A stretch of 64,000 nt of DNA from Desulfomonilia bacterium (GTDB lineage: Bacteria > Desulfobacterota > Desulfomonilia > UBA1062): contig JBEKDT010000009.1 in assembly GCA_050014195.1 (NCBI GenBank), positions 96,001 to 160,000 on the forward strand, given 5' to 3'. Positions within the stretch are counted from its first letter, which is position 1; the number at the start of each line of letters is the position of its first letter. The translations under genes were made by a program, and so were the position numbers. The notes under the pieces are model-generated. The model searched no databases, was not told the DNA's origin, and saw nothing but the letters and a program-made list of their open reading frames with translations. Shown here one piece after another: positions 9,202-19,629 of the stretch.

Positions 9202-10503
9202 ATGAGAATTTGGTTAGTTTCTATAGGTGAACCAATACCAACAAGCGCTGACAGTAATTCTCGACTGCTTCGGACAGGATATTTTGCTAATTTACTGTCA
9301 CAATATGGCAATGATGTAATCTGGTGGACTTCTGCATTTGATCACTTTAGAAAAACACAGCTTTGTACTACGGATACTGATTTGGTTATTAATCAACATC
9401 TTACTATCAGGCTTTTGTGTGGCTCTGGATACAAAAGTCATGTGTCGCTAAGACGGGTCTGGGATCACTGGAAAATCTCTAGGAAGTTTTCTTCGGCCAT
9501 AAAGAAGCAGACTATGCTTCCGGATATAATTTTAGCTGCATTACCTACGATAGATCTCTGTTATGAGTCAGTTGTGTTCGGGAATCAGCAGGGAATACCC
9601 GTAGTTCTTGATATGCGAGACATGTGGCCAGATATTTTTGTAGATCTCGCTCCTGATTTCTTAAGACCATTAACACGACGCCTCTTAAGTTATCAGTTTC
9701 GAAGAGCTGGATATGCATGCGAAAAAGCTACAGCTATTATTGGGATAACAGATGAATTTGTTGCATGGGGTTTAAAACGGGGACAACGATGTAAGCAAGA
9801 ATTCGACAAATCATTCCCCTTTGGATATTCGATTCAGGCCATAACAAGAGAATCTGAAGAGAATGCAATTATTGAACTCAATCATCGAGGGATCCATTTT
9901 GATGACGATAACCTATATGCCCTTTATATTGGGTCGCTCAGTCGCAATGCGAACTTGGGTGATATCATATCTGCAAGCAGAATTCTTTATGAGCAAAACT
10001 CAAAATGGAAGTTTATTGTATGTGGCGATGGTGATTGTGTTGATCTAATATTAAATCATATTAGTAAATATCCAAATGTAAAATACGGGGGTTGGGTAGA
10101 TAGAACAATGATTCATAGTCTAATGCGACGATGTCATGTTGGTTTAAATCAACTTCCTGATCGATACGATTTTCTTGCCACCATTAATAACAAAGCCATT
10201 GAGTATATGAGCGCGGGTCTCCCTATCATTTCAAGTCCGGATCGGGGTGTTCTATGTGAGCTTCTCAAGATGCATGAGTGCGGGATAAGTTATCCTTCTG
10301 GTGATGCTGGGGCTCTGGCTTCGACGCTTACACGGTTTTATGATGACCAGGGTATGCTAAGGAAAATGTCGCAGAACGCCATGCAGCTGTTCCAAGAACG
10401 TTTTATTGCAGAAAAGATTTATACAGAGATGATGGAGCATTTGGTGATGATAGCGGAAAATCAAAATCAATCTGTTAGAACAGGTGGTCAGGATTGGGCA
10501 TGA
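9202..10503 (+). CDS. Glycosyltransferase family 4
   Basis: DMRDMWPD and NKAIEYMSAGLPII motifs. Confidence 0.85.
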   Translation: MRIWLVSIGEPIPTSADSNSRLLRTGYFANLLSQYGNDVIWWTSAFDHFRKTQLCTTDTDLVINQHLTIRLLCGSGYKSHVSLRRVWDHWKISRKFSSAIKKQTMLPDIILAALPTIDLCYESVVFGNQQGIPVVLDMRDMWPDIFVDLAPDFLRPLTRRLLSYQFRRAGYACEKATAIIGITDEFVAWGLKRGQRCKQEFDKSFPFGYSIQAITRESEENAIIELNHRGIHFDDDNLYALYIGSLSRNANLGDIISASRILYEQNSKWKFIVCGDGDCVDLILNHISKYPNVKYGGWVDRTMIHSLMRRCHVGLNQLPDRYDFLATINNKAIEYMSAGLPIISSPDRGVLCELLKMHECGISYPSGDAGALASTLTRFYDDQGMLRKMSQNAMQLFQERFIAEKIYTEMMEHLVMIAENQNQSVRTGGQDWA

Positions 10504-10525
10504 CATATTTTCGGGATAGATATCT

Positions 10526-11419
10526 ATGAACAGACTGGATGACATTATGATTGACGATAAAGTACAGCAGAAAATTGAGTATCGGCCATCTCTGGCCGGG
10601 TGCTTAGCACGGATTTTCATACCCCTGTTGCAAGCAGTACTCCCACCAAAAGCATACCGTGTGATCTATGATGGACTCTATGAGAGTTACAAGCAGATTC
10701 TCAGATCGAGCTATGTAGTTAGGGTTATCGCAGCAAGACTCTTTAGCGATCAGGAGCAGCAGTTAAAGACATCACTCACTCATCAGTTACTGCCCTACAC
10801 TATGGGGGGATGGAAGGCGCTCGAGAACGCATTCAAAGTGACTGCCCTTGTCGAACAAAAAAAGATTGAAGGTGCTTTGGTTGAGTGCGGCGTTGCAAAG
10901 GGTGGTACTGCTGCGATGATGGCCTTAACAAATCGAAAGCTTGGCACAATTATGCGGCCTAAGTGGTTTTTCGACTCCTACGAAGGCCTACCTGAACCGA
11001 CTGCTGAAGACTATGAAGGTGGGAAACAGGGCCACTTTATTCGTCCTCTTACAAAAGGGGCCTGTCTGGGGACCATTGAGCAAGTTAGTGATTTGATGTT
11101 CAATAAATTGCACTTGCCCAAGAATGAGGTTCATTTGGTGAAGGGCTGGTTCCAAGACACGGTGCCTGTTTATCGTGAGAGGATCGGGCCAATTGCCATG
11201 CTGCGTTTGGATGGTGACTGGTATGAGTCTACCAAGATACCGCTGGAAAATCTTTTTGATCAAATTAGTATTGGCGGGTTTGTAATCATTGATGATTACG
11301 CAACCTGTTTTGGTTCTCGTAAGGCGGTGGACGAGTTTCGGGCTGAGCGCAGTATCACCTCGTCGCTTCGGCCTGATGGGCGTGGAGGCGCCTGGTTCGA
11401 GAAGCATGAGGCGAAGTAA
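10526..11419 (+). CDS. TylF/MycF/NovP-family sugar O-methyltransferase
   Basis: VECGVAKGG, FDSYEGLP, KGWFQDT, LRLDGDWYEST, IIDDY. Confidence 0.9.
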   Translation: MNRLDDIMIDDKVQQKIEYRPSLAGCLARIFIPLLQAVLPPKAYRVIYDGLYESYKQILRSSYVVRVIAARLFSDQEQQLKTSLTHQLLPYTMGGWKALENAFKVTALVEQKKIEGALVECGVAKGGTAAMMALTNRKLGTIMRPKWFFDSYEGLPEPTAEDYEGGKQGHFIRPLTKGACLGTIEQVSDLMFNKLHLPKNEVHLVKGWFQDTVPVYRERIGPIAMLRLDGDWYESTKIPLENLFDQISIGGFVIIDDYATCFGSRKAVDEFRAERSITSSLRPDGRGGAWFEKHEAK

Positions 11420-12075
11420 TGAAAACATCGCCTGAAACACCGATCGCTTTTCCCGAAAGGTGGATCTATGTATTGTTGAAGCGAGTAATGGATGTAGTCG
11501 GTGCCATGGCGGGGATATTAGTCTTGGCGCCTTTGCTTATCTTGATTGCTGTCGTCTTAAAATTAACATCACAAGGACCGGTTTTTTACCGTGGTGTGCG
11601 CGCCGGATTGAACGGAAAGCCATTTCGTATCTTCAAATTCAGAACAATGTTAGAGAATGCCGAGTCTTTGGGCGGGCCCACTACAAGTACTAACGATCAA
11701 AGAGTAACGCGTATTGGAGCCTTGCTTCGTCGAACCAAGCTTGATGAGTTCCCACAGCTCCTGAATGTCTTGGCTGGTGATATGAGCCTCGTGGGGCCTC
11801 GGCCGGAAGTGTTGGAATATACCTCACAATACAAAGGTGAGGAGAAATATATTCTCAGCATGCGTCCCGGGATAACTGATTATGCATCAATTGAATTTGC
11901 CGATCTTGATGATCTGGTGGGAAGCACAGACCCTGACAAATACTTCCGTGAACATATCCTACCTCGTAAGAATGCATTGAGAGTCAAATATGTGAAAGAA
12001 TGGTCATTGGGTTCTGATTTTGGCATTCTTTGGGCTACTTTTCTCAGGGTGATGAAGAGAATTGCTGCGCAATGA
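11419..12075 (+). CDS. Bacterial sugar transferase (initiating phosphoglycosyl transferase)
   Basis: [32 protein letters not shown]. Confidence 0.92.
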   Translation: MKTSPETPIAFPERWIYVLLKRVMDVVGAMAGILVLAPLLILIAVVLKLTSQGPVFYRGVRAGLNGKPFRIFKFRTMLENAESLGGPTTSTNDQRVTRIGALLRRTKLDEFPQLLNVLAGDMSLVGPRPEVLEYTSQYKGEEKYILSMRPGITDYASIEFADLDDLVGSTDPDKYFREHILPRKNALRVKYVKEWSLGSDFGILWATFLRVMKRIAAQ

Positions 12076-13016
12076 GTATCTTGGAGAGAATGCATCTCGG
12101 TCGAACCGGGCTTTATATCAGTCGCCTCGGAATGGGCTGTTGGGCTATTGGGGGTCATGGTTGGGGCCAGGTGAGGGATGAGGATTCTATCCGAGCCGTC
12201 CAGGGCGCATTAGAGAATGGAGTCACATTCTTTGATACAGCAGATGCCTATGGGCTTGGAAAGTCTGAGACATTACTTGCTAAGGTATTAGGTTCGTCCA
12301 TTACTCAAGTTGTCATCGCAAGTAAAGGGGGCGTTCGATGGAATGAAAGTGGAAATATATGGTCCGATAGTTCACCTGCCTACCTGAGACTGGCTGTAGA
12401 AAATAGTTTAAGACGATTGAAGCTTGATTGTATTCCCCTTTACTATATCCATAAACCTGATGAGGTAACGCCTATACAGGAGAGTGTTGCTGCCCTTGAG
12501 CGCATGTGTGAAGAAGGTAAGATAGGCGCCATAGGCGTCGCAAATTTCTCTGCCGATCAATTGCTGCAGGCATTGCAGGTTGCTCTGGTAGCAGCGGTTC
12601 AGGTACGTTTAAATATTTTTGATAGAGATACGAGTAAAGAGTTATTGGGCATTTGCAGAGAGCATGGCATAACTCTTGTTGCTTGGGGCGCACTTGCGGA
12701 TGGATTGTTAACCGGTAAATTTTCAACCAATACAAAGTTCTCTGAAGATGACCACCGTAACAGAATGCCTGAGTTTACAGGGAATAATTTTTTAAAGTAC
12801 GACAAATGTCTAAAATTACTTAAGCAGTTGGCTGCCGATAGGGGACGGAAAGTTGGTCAACTTGCACTTCGGTGGGTGCTGGATTTTGAGCCTTTTACAT
12901 GTTCGCTGTTTGGTGCAAAAACAGATATTCAGGTAATGGATAATTTGGGAGCAGATGGGTGGAGCTTAACAAAAGAAGAGCTTGCAGCTATCGATTCCAT
13001 AGTGGCTGAACTTTGA
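12072..13016 (+). CDS. Aldo/keto reductase
   Basis: LGRTGL.ISRLGMG, FDTADAYG.G.SE, SLRRLKLD; ATG 12072 overlaps upstream TGA. Confidence 0.9.
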   Translation: MSILERMHLGRTGLYISRLGMGCWAIGGHGWGQVRDEDSIRAVQGALENGVTFFDTADAYGLGKSETLLAKVLGSSITQVVIASKGGVRWNESGNIWSDSSPAYLRLAVENSLRRLKLDCIPLYYIHKPDEVTPIQESVAALERMCEEGKIGAIGVANFSADQLLQALQVALVAAVQVRLNIFDRDTSKELLGICREHGITLVAWGALADGLLTGKFSTNTKFSEDDHRNRMPEFTGNNFLKYDKCLKLLKQLAADRGRKVGQLALRWVLDFEPFTCSLFGAKTDIQVMDNLGADGWSLTKEELAAIDSIVAEL

Positions 13017-13023
13017 AGATGAT

Positions 13024-14001
13024 ATGACTTACTCAATTGATATTTTGTGTGATTTGTATAAAACAATGTTTCGTATCCGCTCTTTCGAAGAGAGCCTGGT
13101 GGAACCCATCCTAAACAGCGAGATCCGTACACCCTGCCATCTTTACAGCGGTCAGGAGGCCGTTGCGGTCGGTCTCTGTACGGCCCTCTCCAAGGATGAT
13201 TACATCTTTGGTAATCATCGCTCACATGGCCATTTCCTGGCCAAGGGGGGCTCCCTGAAGGCTATGGCGGCTGAGATTTATTGCCGTGAGGCAGGTTGCT
13301 CCAGGGGCCGTGGGGGCTCTATGCACCTGATCGATCCGGATGTGGGTATGCTGGGATCGGCACCGATAGTGGCCGGGACTATCTCCCTGGCACTTGGGGC
13401 GGCGCTGGCCTCTTCCATTCGAAAAGACGGTCGTGTGACAGTGTGTTTTTTCGGAGACGGGGCCACAGGCGAAGGCGTCCTTTACGAATCCCTGAACTTT
13501 GCCGCCTTGAAAAAACTCCCTTTGATATTTGCCTGTGAAAATAATCTTTATGCTACGCATATGCCTATCCGGGAATGCCGGGTAAACCTGCCGATCAGCA
13601 GGATCGCAGAGCCCTTCGGCATAGAGATTCATACGGTGGATGGTAACGATGTGTTGCAGGTCCGTGATGAAGGTCAACATGCAGTGGAAACCTGCCGCAT
13701 TGGTAATGGACCCGTATTTATGGAGTTCATGACCTATCGATACCGAGGTCATGTAGGCCCGGATGACAACATACAGGGTAATCATACAGATATAAGGCCC
13801 AGGGAAGAAGTCGCCATATGGATGGAAAAGGATCCCATCAAGAAATTCGAACGATACCTGACAGATCAAGGAATGATGGATGAGAATGAGCTGCAGGATA
13901 TCAGGAACGAGGTTGCTGATGAGATACGGGATGCAAAGGATTTCGCAATAAATAGCCCACGCCCGTCGGGAGAGGATCTGACGAAATATGTCTTCGCATA
14001 G
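13024..14001 (+). CDS. TPP-dependent dehydrogenase E1 alpha subunit-like
   Basis: HLYSGQEA, HRSHGH, GRGGSMH, GDGA...ENN TPP motif, TYRYRGH. Confidence 0.9.
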   Translation: MTYSIDILCDLYKTMFRIRSFEESLVEPILNSEIRTPCHLYSGQEAVAVGLCTALSKDDYIFGNHRSHGHFLAKGGSLKAMAAEIYCREAGCSRGRGGSMHLIDPDVGMLGSAPIVAGTISLALGAALASSIRKDGRVTVCFFGDGATGEGVLYESLNFAALKKLPLIFACENNLYATHMPIRECRVNLPISRIAEPFGIEIHTVDGNDVLQVRDEGQHAVETCRIGNGPVFMEFMTYRYRGHVGPDDNIQGNHTDIRPREEVAIWMEKDPIKKFERYLTDQGMMDENELQDIRNEVADEIRDAKDFAINSPRPSGEDLTKYVFA

Positions 14002-14971
14002 GACACTCCAGTACGGCCTGGCCATTAACGAGGCGCTCCACCAGATGATGGAGATGGACAGCTCCGTTTTTCTCATCGGGCAGGGGGTGGAAAGCCCCTG
14101 GTATGTGGGCAATACTGCACAGGGGCTTCTGGAGAGGTTCGGGAAAGGACGGGTCATTGACACACCAGTGTCCGAGAATGCCATTACAGGGGCAGCCGTA
14201 GGGGCAGCCATCGCAGGTATGAAACCAGTGGTGGTTCATCCCAGGGTGGATTTCATGATGTACGCCATGGACCCAATCATAAACGAGGCAGCTAACTGGT
14301 TTTATATGAACGGCGGCAGGGCTTGTGTACCGGTCGTTTTTTGGGGTATCATAAACAGAGGTGGAGAACAGGCAGCCCAACATTCACAGGCTATTCATGC
14401 GTTGTTTGCTCATTGTCCAGGTCTCAAGGTCGTAATGCCGTCAACCCCTTATGATGCAAAGGGATTACTCATATCAGCTGTAAGGGATATGAACCCAGTT
14501 GTTTATATTGATGATAGGTGGCTGTATAATCTGGAGGATGTTGTTCCGGAAGAAATGTATGAAGTCCCCATTGGTCAAGCTATAGTTAGAAAAAAAGGTA
14601 AGGATGTAACAATCGCTGCGGTCTCTTATATGGCGCATACTGCTCTGAAAGCATCTGAGAAACTCCTAGATCTTGGTATTGATTGTGAATTGATCGATCT
14701 GCGGAGTATAAAGCCATTGGATAAGAATACCCTATTACAATCAGTTCGAAAAACAGGCAGATTAGTAATTGCTGATGTAGGATGGAAATCATTCGGAATT
14801 AGCGCTGAGATAGCTGCTATTGTTTGTGAGGGGGCCTTCAAAGAATTAAAAAGTCCGGTTGTTCGAGTTGCCCTACCCGATACACCAGCCCCTGCGAGTA
14901 GATCGCTAGAGGGTCAATATTTTCCTAAAGAAGATGACATAATAAAGGCTGTTCAAGGTATTATTAATTGA
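13988..14971 (+). CDS. TPP-dependent dehydrogenase E1 beta subunit-like
   Basis: DTPVSENA, AAQHSQ, PYDAKGLL, DLRSIKPLD. Confidence 0.9.
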   Translation: MSSHRTLQYGLAINEALHQMMEMDSSVFLIGQGVESPWYVGNTAQGLLERFGKGRVIDTPVSENAITGAAVGAAIAGMKPVVVHPRVDFMMYAMDPIINEAANWFYMNGGRACVPVVFWGIINRGGEQAAQHSQAIHALFAHCPGLKVVMPSTPYDAKGLLISAVRDMNPVVYIDDRWLYNLEDVVPEEMYEVPIGQAIVRKKGKDVTIAAVSYMAHTALKASEKLLDLGIDCELIDLRSIKPLDKNTLLQSVRKTGRLVIADVGWKSFGISAEIAAIVCEGAFKELKSPVVRVALPDTPAPASRSLEGQYFPKEDDIIKAVQGIIN

Positions 14972-15164
14972 TAACATGTGTCTATAAATAATCATGATGT
15001 TCAATATATGTGTTATATCTTTTTTATTATTACAATATTTTGAATAAAGGGGTATATGTTTGCCTAACAAGACCCCTACCTAAGCTCCAAGATAAAGCAT
15101 CATTGAAGTGGTGATTTTGAGATATTGTGCGCTCAAATGTTTCATAACGAGGTAAAAATTTAAA

Positions 15165-17111
15165 ATGAAAATTCTCCGCAAGGGAAATTTTTGGATCATT
15201 TTTCTTTTTGACATAATCATTTTGATAACATGTTATTATGGGGCATATTGGCTTCGCTTTGAAGGTAACTTAGATGTACAACTCCAGGTTCAGTTTTTAT
15301 ACACGCTCCTACCATTATTGATAGCTCAGCAATCCTCATTTTTTATCTTTGATGTATATCGCGGTATGTGGAGATATGCTGGTATACGCGATCTGATAAA
15401 TATTGTTAAGGGCACTGTATGTGGGACCTTTATATTTATTATTTACCTAGTGTTACTCTATCACTTCATAGGCTTTTCAAGAGGGGTCATCTTGATAAAT
15501 ATGCTCATGACCATCATAGGTATCGGCGGTTCCCGCCTTATAATACGCCTCTACTACCAGAAAGATAGCGCGTTTGTGGATGAGTTAGTGTTCTGGCGAA
15601 GATCGATCCGGAACAGAAAGAATATCCTCATCCTGGGCACAAGTCCACAGGCAGAAAGGCTTATGAGAGAGATCCATGAGAACAATAAGATCAATTACAA
15701 GGTAATTGGATTCATTGATATGTGGAATGTTCATAAGGGAATGAAGATTCATGGGGTTCCTATTCTGGGCTCGGTAATGGATCTTCCCAGGTTGGTCATG
15801 TATTATAATATTGAGGACATCCTTATCGCTGATTCGAATCTCAAGGCACATGATATTAGTAGGGTCATAGAGATGTGTGGGGATTGCGGTATCCGGTTCA
15901 AGATAGTCCCGTCCCCATTTGAGAGAATGCTTCAAGGTGAATCAGACAACCTCAGGGATATAAAACTTGAAGATCTCATGGACCGGGAGCCTGTCCAGCT
16001 GGATATGGAGATAGTAAAATCAGAGATAGAGGGGCAGACGGTACTCATTACCGGTGCCGGTGGATCCATTGGTTCCGAGCTCTCAAGGCAGATCTTCAGA
16101 TACAATCCTGCAAAACTGATCTTGATCGATAATTCCGAAACACCGCTTTACCAGATCGACATGGAACTGAATACCTTAAGAGCTACTGATTGTGTAACGG
16201 AGATTGTACCTTGCATAGGAGACGTGCGGAGCCGGAGGAGTCTGGAGCGAATATTCCGCAAGTATAAACCCCGGTATGTTTATCACGCAGCCGCATATAA
16301 ACATGTGCCTATGATGGAGTTGTCCCCGGTAGATGCCATTAACAACAACATTATAGGCACATTTAAACTGGCCACTCTTTCGTGCAAGTATCATGTAAAG
16401 AAATTTGTCCTGATCTCCACAGACAAGGCTGTTCGGCCTACATCGGTCATGGGTGCCACTAAAAGGGTTGCAGAACTGGTCGTACAGGCCATTACCGGAA
16501 ACGGAACAAGATTTGTAGTCGTAAGATTCGGCAACGTACTGGGTAGCAATGGTAGTGTGGTACCCCTTTTCCAGAAACAGATTGCTTCAGGAGGGCCGGT
16601 AACGGTTACGCATCCTGAAGTCACCCGCTACTTTATGACCATACCCGAGGCTGTCATGCTGGTCCTCCAGGCAGGTGCCATAGGAAAAGGCGGGGAGTTG
16701 TTCTTGTTGGATATGGGCAAGCCAGTGAAGATTGATGGTCTGGCAAGGAACATGATACGTCTTTCAGGGCTTGTGCCGGATAAAGATATTAAGGTTGAAT
16801 ATATCGGCCTCAGGCCCGGAGAAAAGCTCTATGAGGAATTGCTCATAGACGGTGAGGACATCATTGATACACCCTATGAAAAGATTAAAGTCTGCAATAC
16901 ATATAGCAGGATAGATGAAAAAGAACTCTTTGAGGGTATCGAGCATTTCAGTCTCCTCTTGAAGAACTCCGAGGGCTTTGATGCCGCTCTTAAAATCCTT
17001 GAAAGACTTGTTCCCGATTTCAAGAGAGAAGTCACTTCTGTTTTACGAACAAATATAACGAATCCTTATTCTCCTGGTGATCCTACCAAGGCCCAACCCA
17101 AAGAATACTGA
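15165..17111 (+). CDS. Membrane-anchored UDP-GlcNAc 4,6-dehydratase (PglF/WbpM/CapD family)
   Basis: N-terminal TMs, TGAGGSIGSE, HAAAYKHVP, STDKAV, RFGNVLGS.GSV, GLRPGEKLYEEL. Confidence 0.93.
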   Translation: MKILRKGNFWIIFLFDIIILITCYYGAYWLRFEGNLDVQLQVQFLYTLLPLLIAQQSSFFIFDVYRGMWRYAGIRDLINIVKGTVCGTFIFIIYLVLLYHFIGFSRGVILINMLMTIIGIGGSRLIIRLYYQKDSAFVDELVFWRRSIRNRKNILILGTSPQAERLMREIHENNKINYKVIGFIDMWNVHKGMKIHGVPILGSVMDLPRLVMYYNIEDILIADSNLKAHDISRVIEMCGDCGIRFKIVPSPFERMLQGESDNLRDIKLEDLMDREPVQLDMEIVKSEIEGQTVLITGAGGSIGSELSRQIFRYNPAKLILIDNSETPLYQIDMELNTLRATDCVTEIVPCIGDVRSRRSLERIFRKYKPRYVYHAAAYKHVPMMELSPVDAINNNIIGTFKLATLSCKYHVKKFVLISTDKAVRPTSVMGATKRVAELVVQAITGNGTRFVVVRFGNVLGSNGSVVPLFQKQIASGGPVTVTHPEVTRYFMTIPEAVMLVLQAGAIGKGGELFLLDMGKPVKIDGLARNMIRLSGLVPDKDIKVEYIGLRPGEKLYEELLIDGEDIIDTPYEKIKVCNTYSRIDEKELFEGIEHFSLLLKNSEGFDAALKILERLVPDFKREVTSVLRTNITNPYSPGDPTKAQPKEY

Positions 17112-17234
17112 TCCGGAATTAGAATCATACCCTTCATCAGATTACTTATTCGTGACGAAATGATTTACTCTATCGCCATAGAATATTATCGGGCAGCCTC
17201 CCAACTCTTGACGGCAACAGGTTCGGGGTGATAC

Positions 17235-17684
17235 ATGCTTGGTCTTGATGATTGCTCTTTGATGAATTTGGCATTGGAAGAGGCACAAAAGGCTGCCGGT
17301 ATCGGCGAAGTGCCCATAGGGGCAGTGCTTGTGGTTAATGAGTACCTGGTTAAGGGCCACAACAGGGTCATCTTGGATAACGACCCGACTGCACATGCTG
17401 AAATAGTGGTTATCCGTGAAGCAGCACGGCTGGTTAATAATTACAGACTCCCAGGATCAAGACTGTATGTTACTATTGAGCCGTGCATAATGTGTGTGGG
17501 AGCGATCATACAGGCACGCATTGAGTACCTCGCCTATGGTGCGAGAGATAAGCGATATGGCGCTGTGGAATCCATGATTGAGGGATTCCGGCTTGATGTT
17601 AACCACAAACCCAATATCAATGCCGGTTTGATGGAAGATCAGGCAAGCTCTTTGATGAAGACCTTTTTCCAAGCAAGAAGGTAA
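17235..17684 (+). CDS. tadA: tRNA adenosine(34) deaminase
   Basis: GEVPIGA, DPTAHAE, EPCIMC. Confidence 0.93.
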   Translation: MLGLDDCSLMNLALEEAQKAAGIGEVPIGAVLVVNEYLVKGHNRVILDNDPTAHAEIVVIREAARLVNNYRLPGSRLYVTIEPCIMCVGAIIQARIEYLAYGARDKRYGAVESMIEGFRLDVNHKPNINAGLMEDQASSLMKTFFQARR

Positions 17685-17775
17685 GGAGAGGTACCGAAGT
17701 GGTCATAACGGGGCCGACTCGAAATCGGCTGTCCTTTTTCAAGGACCGGGGGTTCGAATCCCTCCCTCTCCGCCA
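17685..17775 (+). tRNA. tRNA-Ser(CGA)
   Basis: GGAGAGG...CCTCTCC-G-CCA acceptor, GCCGA-CT-CGA-AA-TCGGC anticodon arm, long variable arm, GTTCGAATC. Confidence 0.95.
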
Positions 17776-17795
17776 CCATGAATACTGATGCGTCA

Positions 17796-17888
17796 GGAGA
17801 GATGCCCGAGAGGCCGAAGGGGCGCGATTGGAAATCGCGTGTACCGCTAATAACGGTACCGAGGGTTCGAATCCCTCTCTCTCCGCCA
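17796..17888 (+). tRNA. tRNA-Ser(GGA)
   Basis: GGAGAGA...TCTCTCC-G-CCA, CGCGA-TT-GGA-AA-TCGCG, long variable arm. Confidence 0.95.
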
Positions 17889-17905
17889 CATGAACAAGGC
17901 CTTGC

Positions 17906-18009
17906 AAGAGGCCGGGTCTCATACAGTACAGCACTGTGAACTCCGTCAGGCCCGGAAGGGAGCAGCGGTAAGCAAGATGCTGTATGTGTATGGTAAGGCC
18001 CGGCCTCTT
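17906..18009 (+). ncRNA. ffs: Signal recognition particle RNA (4.5S)
   Basis: TCAGGCCCGGAAGGGAGCAGC domain IV motif inside a long hairpin (AAGAGGCCGGG/CCCGGCCTCTT); tadA-tRNA-ffs-dnaX context. Confidence 0.92.
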
Positions 18010-18081
18010 GTGAGGCCTTAGTATTTTTAAGTTCAGAACAGATGTCTTGAATAATCTTGTTATCAATATTAGGATGGTTTT

Positions 18082-19629
18082 ATGTATCAGGTTATAGCCC
18101 GCAAGTTCAGACCACAGAGATTCGAAGATGTTGTTGGTCAGGAGCATGTGACCAGGGTCCTTTGTAATGCCATAGAGCTTGACAGGCTTCCCCACGCATT
18201 CATCTTTTCGGGCCCTCGAGGTGTGGGCAAGACATCTGTTGCACGAATACTGGCTAAAGCGATCAATTGCGAGAAAGGGTTATCCCGCAACCCATGCAAT
18301 ATATGCCCTATATGTGAAGATATTACTGCATCGCGGGCAGTCGATGTATTTGAGATTGATGCAGCCACCCACACCCAAGTTGAGAAGATACGGGACCTCA
18401 TTGATAATTCTCGCTACACTCCTGCTATTGCACGATATAAGACCTTTATTATTGATGAAGTACACATGCTCTCCCGGAGTGCGTTTAATGCCCTGTTGAA
18501 GACATTGGAGGAACCGCCTCCTCATGTAATATTCATCCTTGCTACAACTGAGCTGGCAAAAGTTCCTGTTACCGTACTCTCTCGCTGCCAGCGGTACGAC
18601 TTCAGGCGAATACCGGTGGATGACATCGTTAAGCGCCTCATATCGGTTGCAAAGCAGGAACAAATCCCCATTACCGATGATGCCCTGGTCACCATTGCAC
18701 TTCAGGCTGATGGCAGCATGAGGGATGCGCAGGGTATGCTTGAGCATATCTCGGCCACAGGAAAGGGTTCTATTGGTGTTGATGCTGTTGAGGAGGCACT
18801 TGGGCTGGTCGGCAGATCAACCATGCGTGATTTGGTATCGGCAATTATTAAGAAGGATGCCCCGAGCACCCTTGATGTGGTGGATAGGGTATATCGATAT
18901 GGACAGGACTTGAATCAGCTTTACCGATCGCTCCTCGAACAGTTTAGGAACATGATGGTGCTTAAGGCAGGGTATATGAATGTTACTCTTCCGGAAGAGG
19001 AGATGACTTTTCTGAAAGATCTCATGACGGATATATCTCTGGAAGAGATCCACAGGTACTTGAGTGTGCTTATTCGGTCTGAGGAAGACATGAAGTATTC
19101 GAGCATAACCAGAATCACCCTTGAAACAATCCTGCTCCGCATCATCTCGGCTCCTCGTTTAGTAGACCTGCAGAATCTCATCCATACGATTTCCACAAGG
19201 ACCGGCTCATTGCCATCAGGTCATGTACAACAGATTTCAACAGTAGATATATACAAGCGACCTCCTTCTTCGCTGCCGCTTTCCTGGGACGGGTTCCTCT
19301 TATACCTCAAGGATCATGATCAGCCGCTCTACGCAATAGTATCGAGTGCCGCAGTTGAGCAGGATAACGGCAATACAGTTGTGTTGAGCTGTCCGAATCA
19401 GTTTCTGGCTGACCAGCTCAAAAAAACCCTACCTGAACTATCCAAGAGGGCGAAGGCATTCCTTCAGAAGGATATTGTTCTGAATGTTGAAATAAAAGAA
19501 GCCGACACGATCGAAAATAAAAAACCAAAACCCTCTGAGATCAGATCCCAGGCATTGAGATCACCTCTCGTAAAAGAGATAATCACAGAGTTCAACGGTG
19601 TCGTGAAGAATGTCAAGCCGAAAGAATAG
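18082..19629 (+). CDS. dnaX: DNA polymerase III gamma/tau
   Basis: YQVIARKFRPQ, GPRGVGKT, zinc Cys cluster, IIDEVHMLS, SRC. Confidence 0.96.
   Translation: MYQVIARKFRPQRFEDVVGQEHVTRVLCNAIELDRLPHAFIFSGPRGVGKTSVARILAKAINCEKGLSRNPCNICPICEDITASRAVDVFEIDAATHTQVEKIRDLIDNSRYTPAIARYKTFIIDEVHMLSRSAFNALLKTLEEPPPHVIFILATTELAKVPVTVLSRCQRYDFRRIPVDDIVKRLISVAKQEQIPITDDALVTIALQADGSMRDAQGMLEHISATGKGSIGVDAVEEALGLVGRSTMRDLVSAIIKKDAPSTLDVVDRVYRYGQDLNQLYRSLLEQFRNMMVLKAGYMNVTLPEEEMTFLKDLMTDISLEEIHRYLSVLIRSEEDMKYSSITRITLETILLRIISAPRLVDLQNLIHTISTRTGSLPSGHVQQISTVDIYKRPPSSLPLSWDGFLLYLKDHDQPLYAIVSSAAVEQDNGNTVVLSCPNQFLADQLKKTLPELSKRAKAFLQKDIVLNVEIKEADTIENKKPKPSEIRSQALRSPLVKEIITEFNGVVKNVKPKE

Noticed and set aside
13222-14211. 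329-aa antisense ORF over the E1 alpha/beta genes
   Set aside because: Shadow ORF opposite well-supported genes in a GC-richer stretch; no recognisable motifs
17617-18195. 192-aa minus-strand ORF
   Set aside because: Antisense to two tRNAs, ffs and dnaX; contains typical tRNA-antisense peptides (AEREGFEPS)
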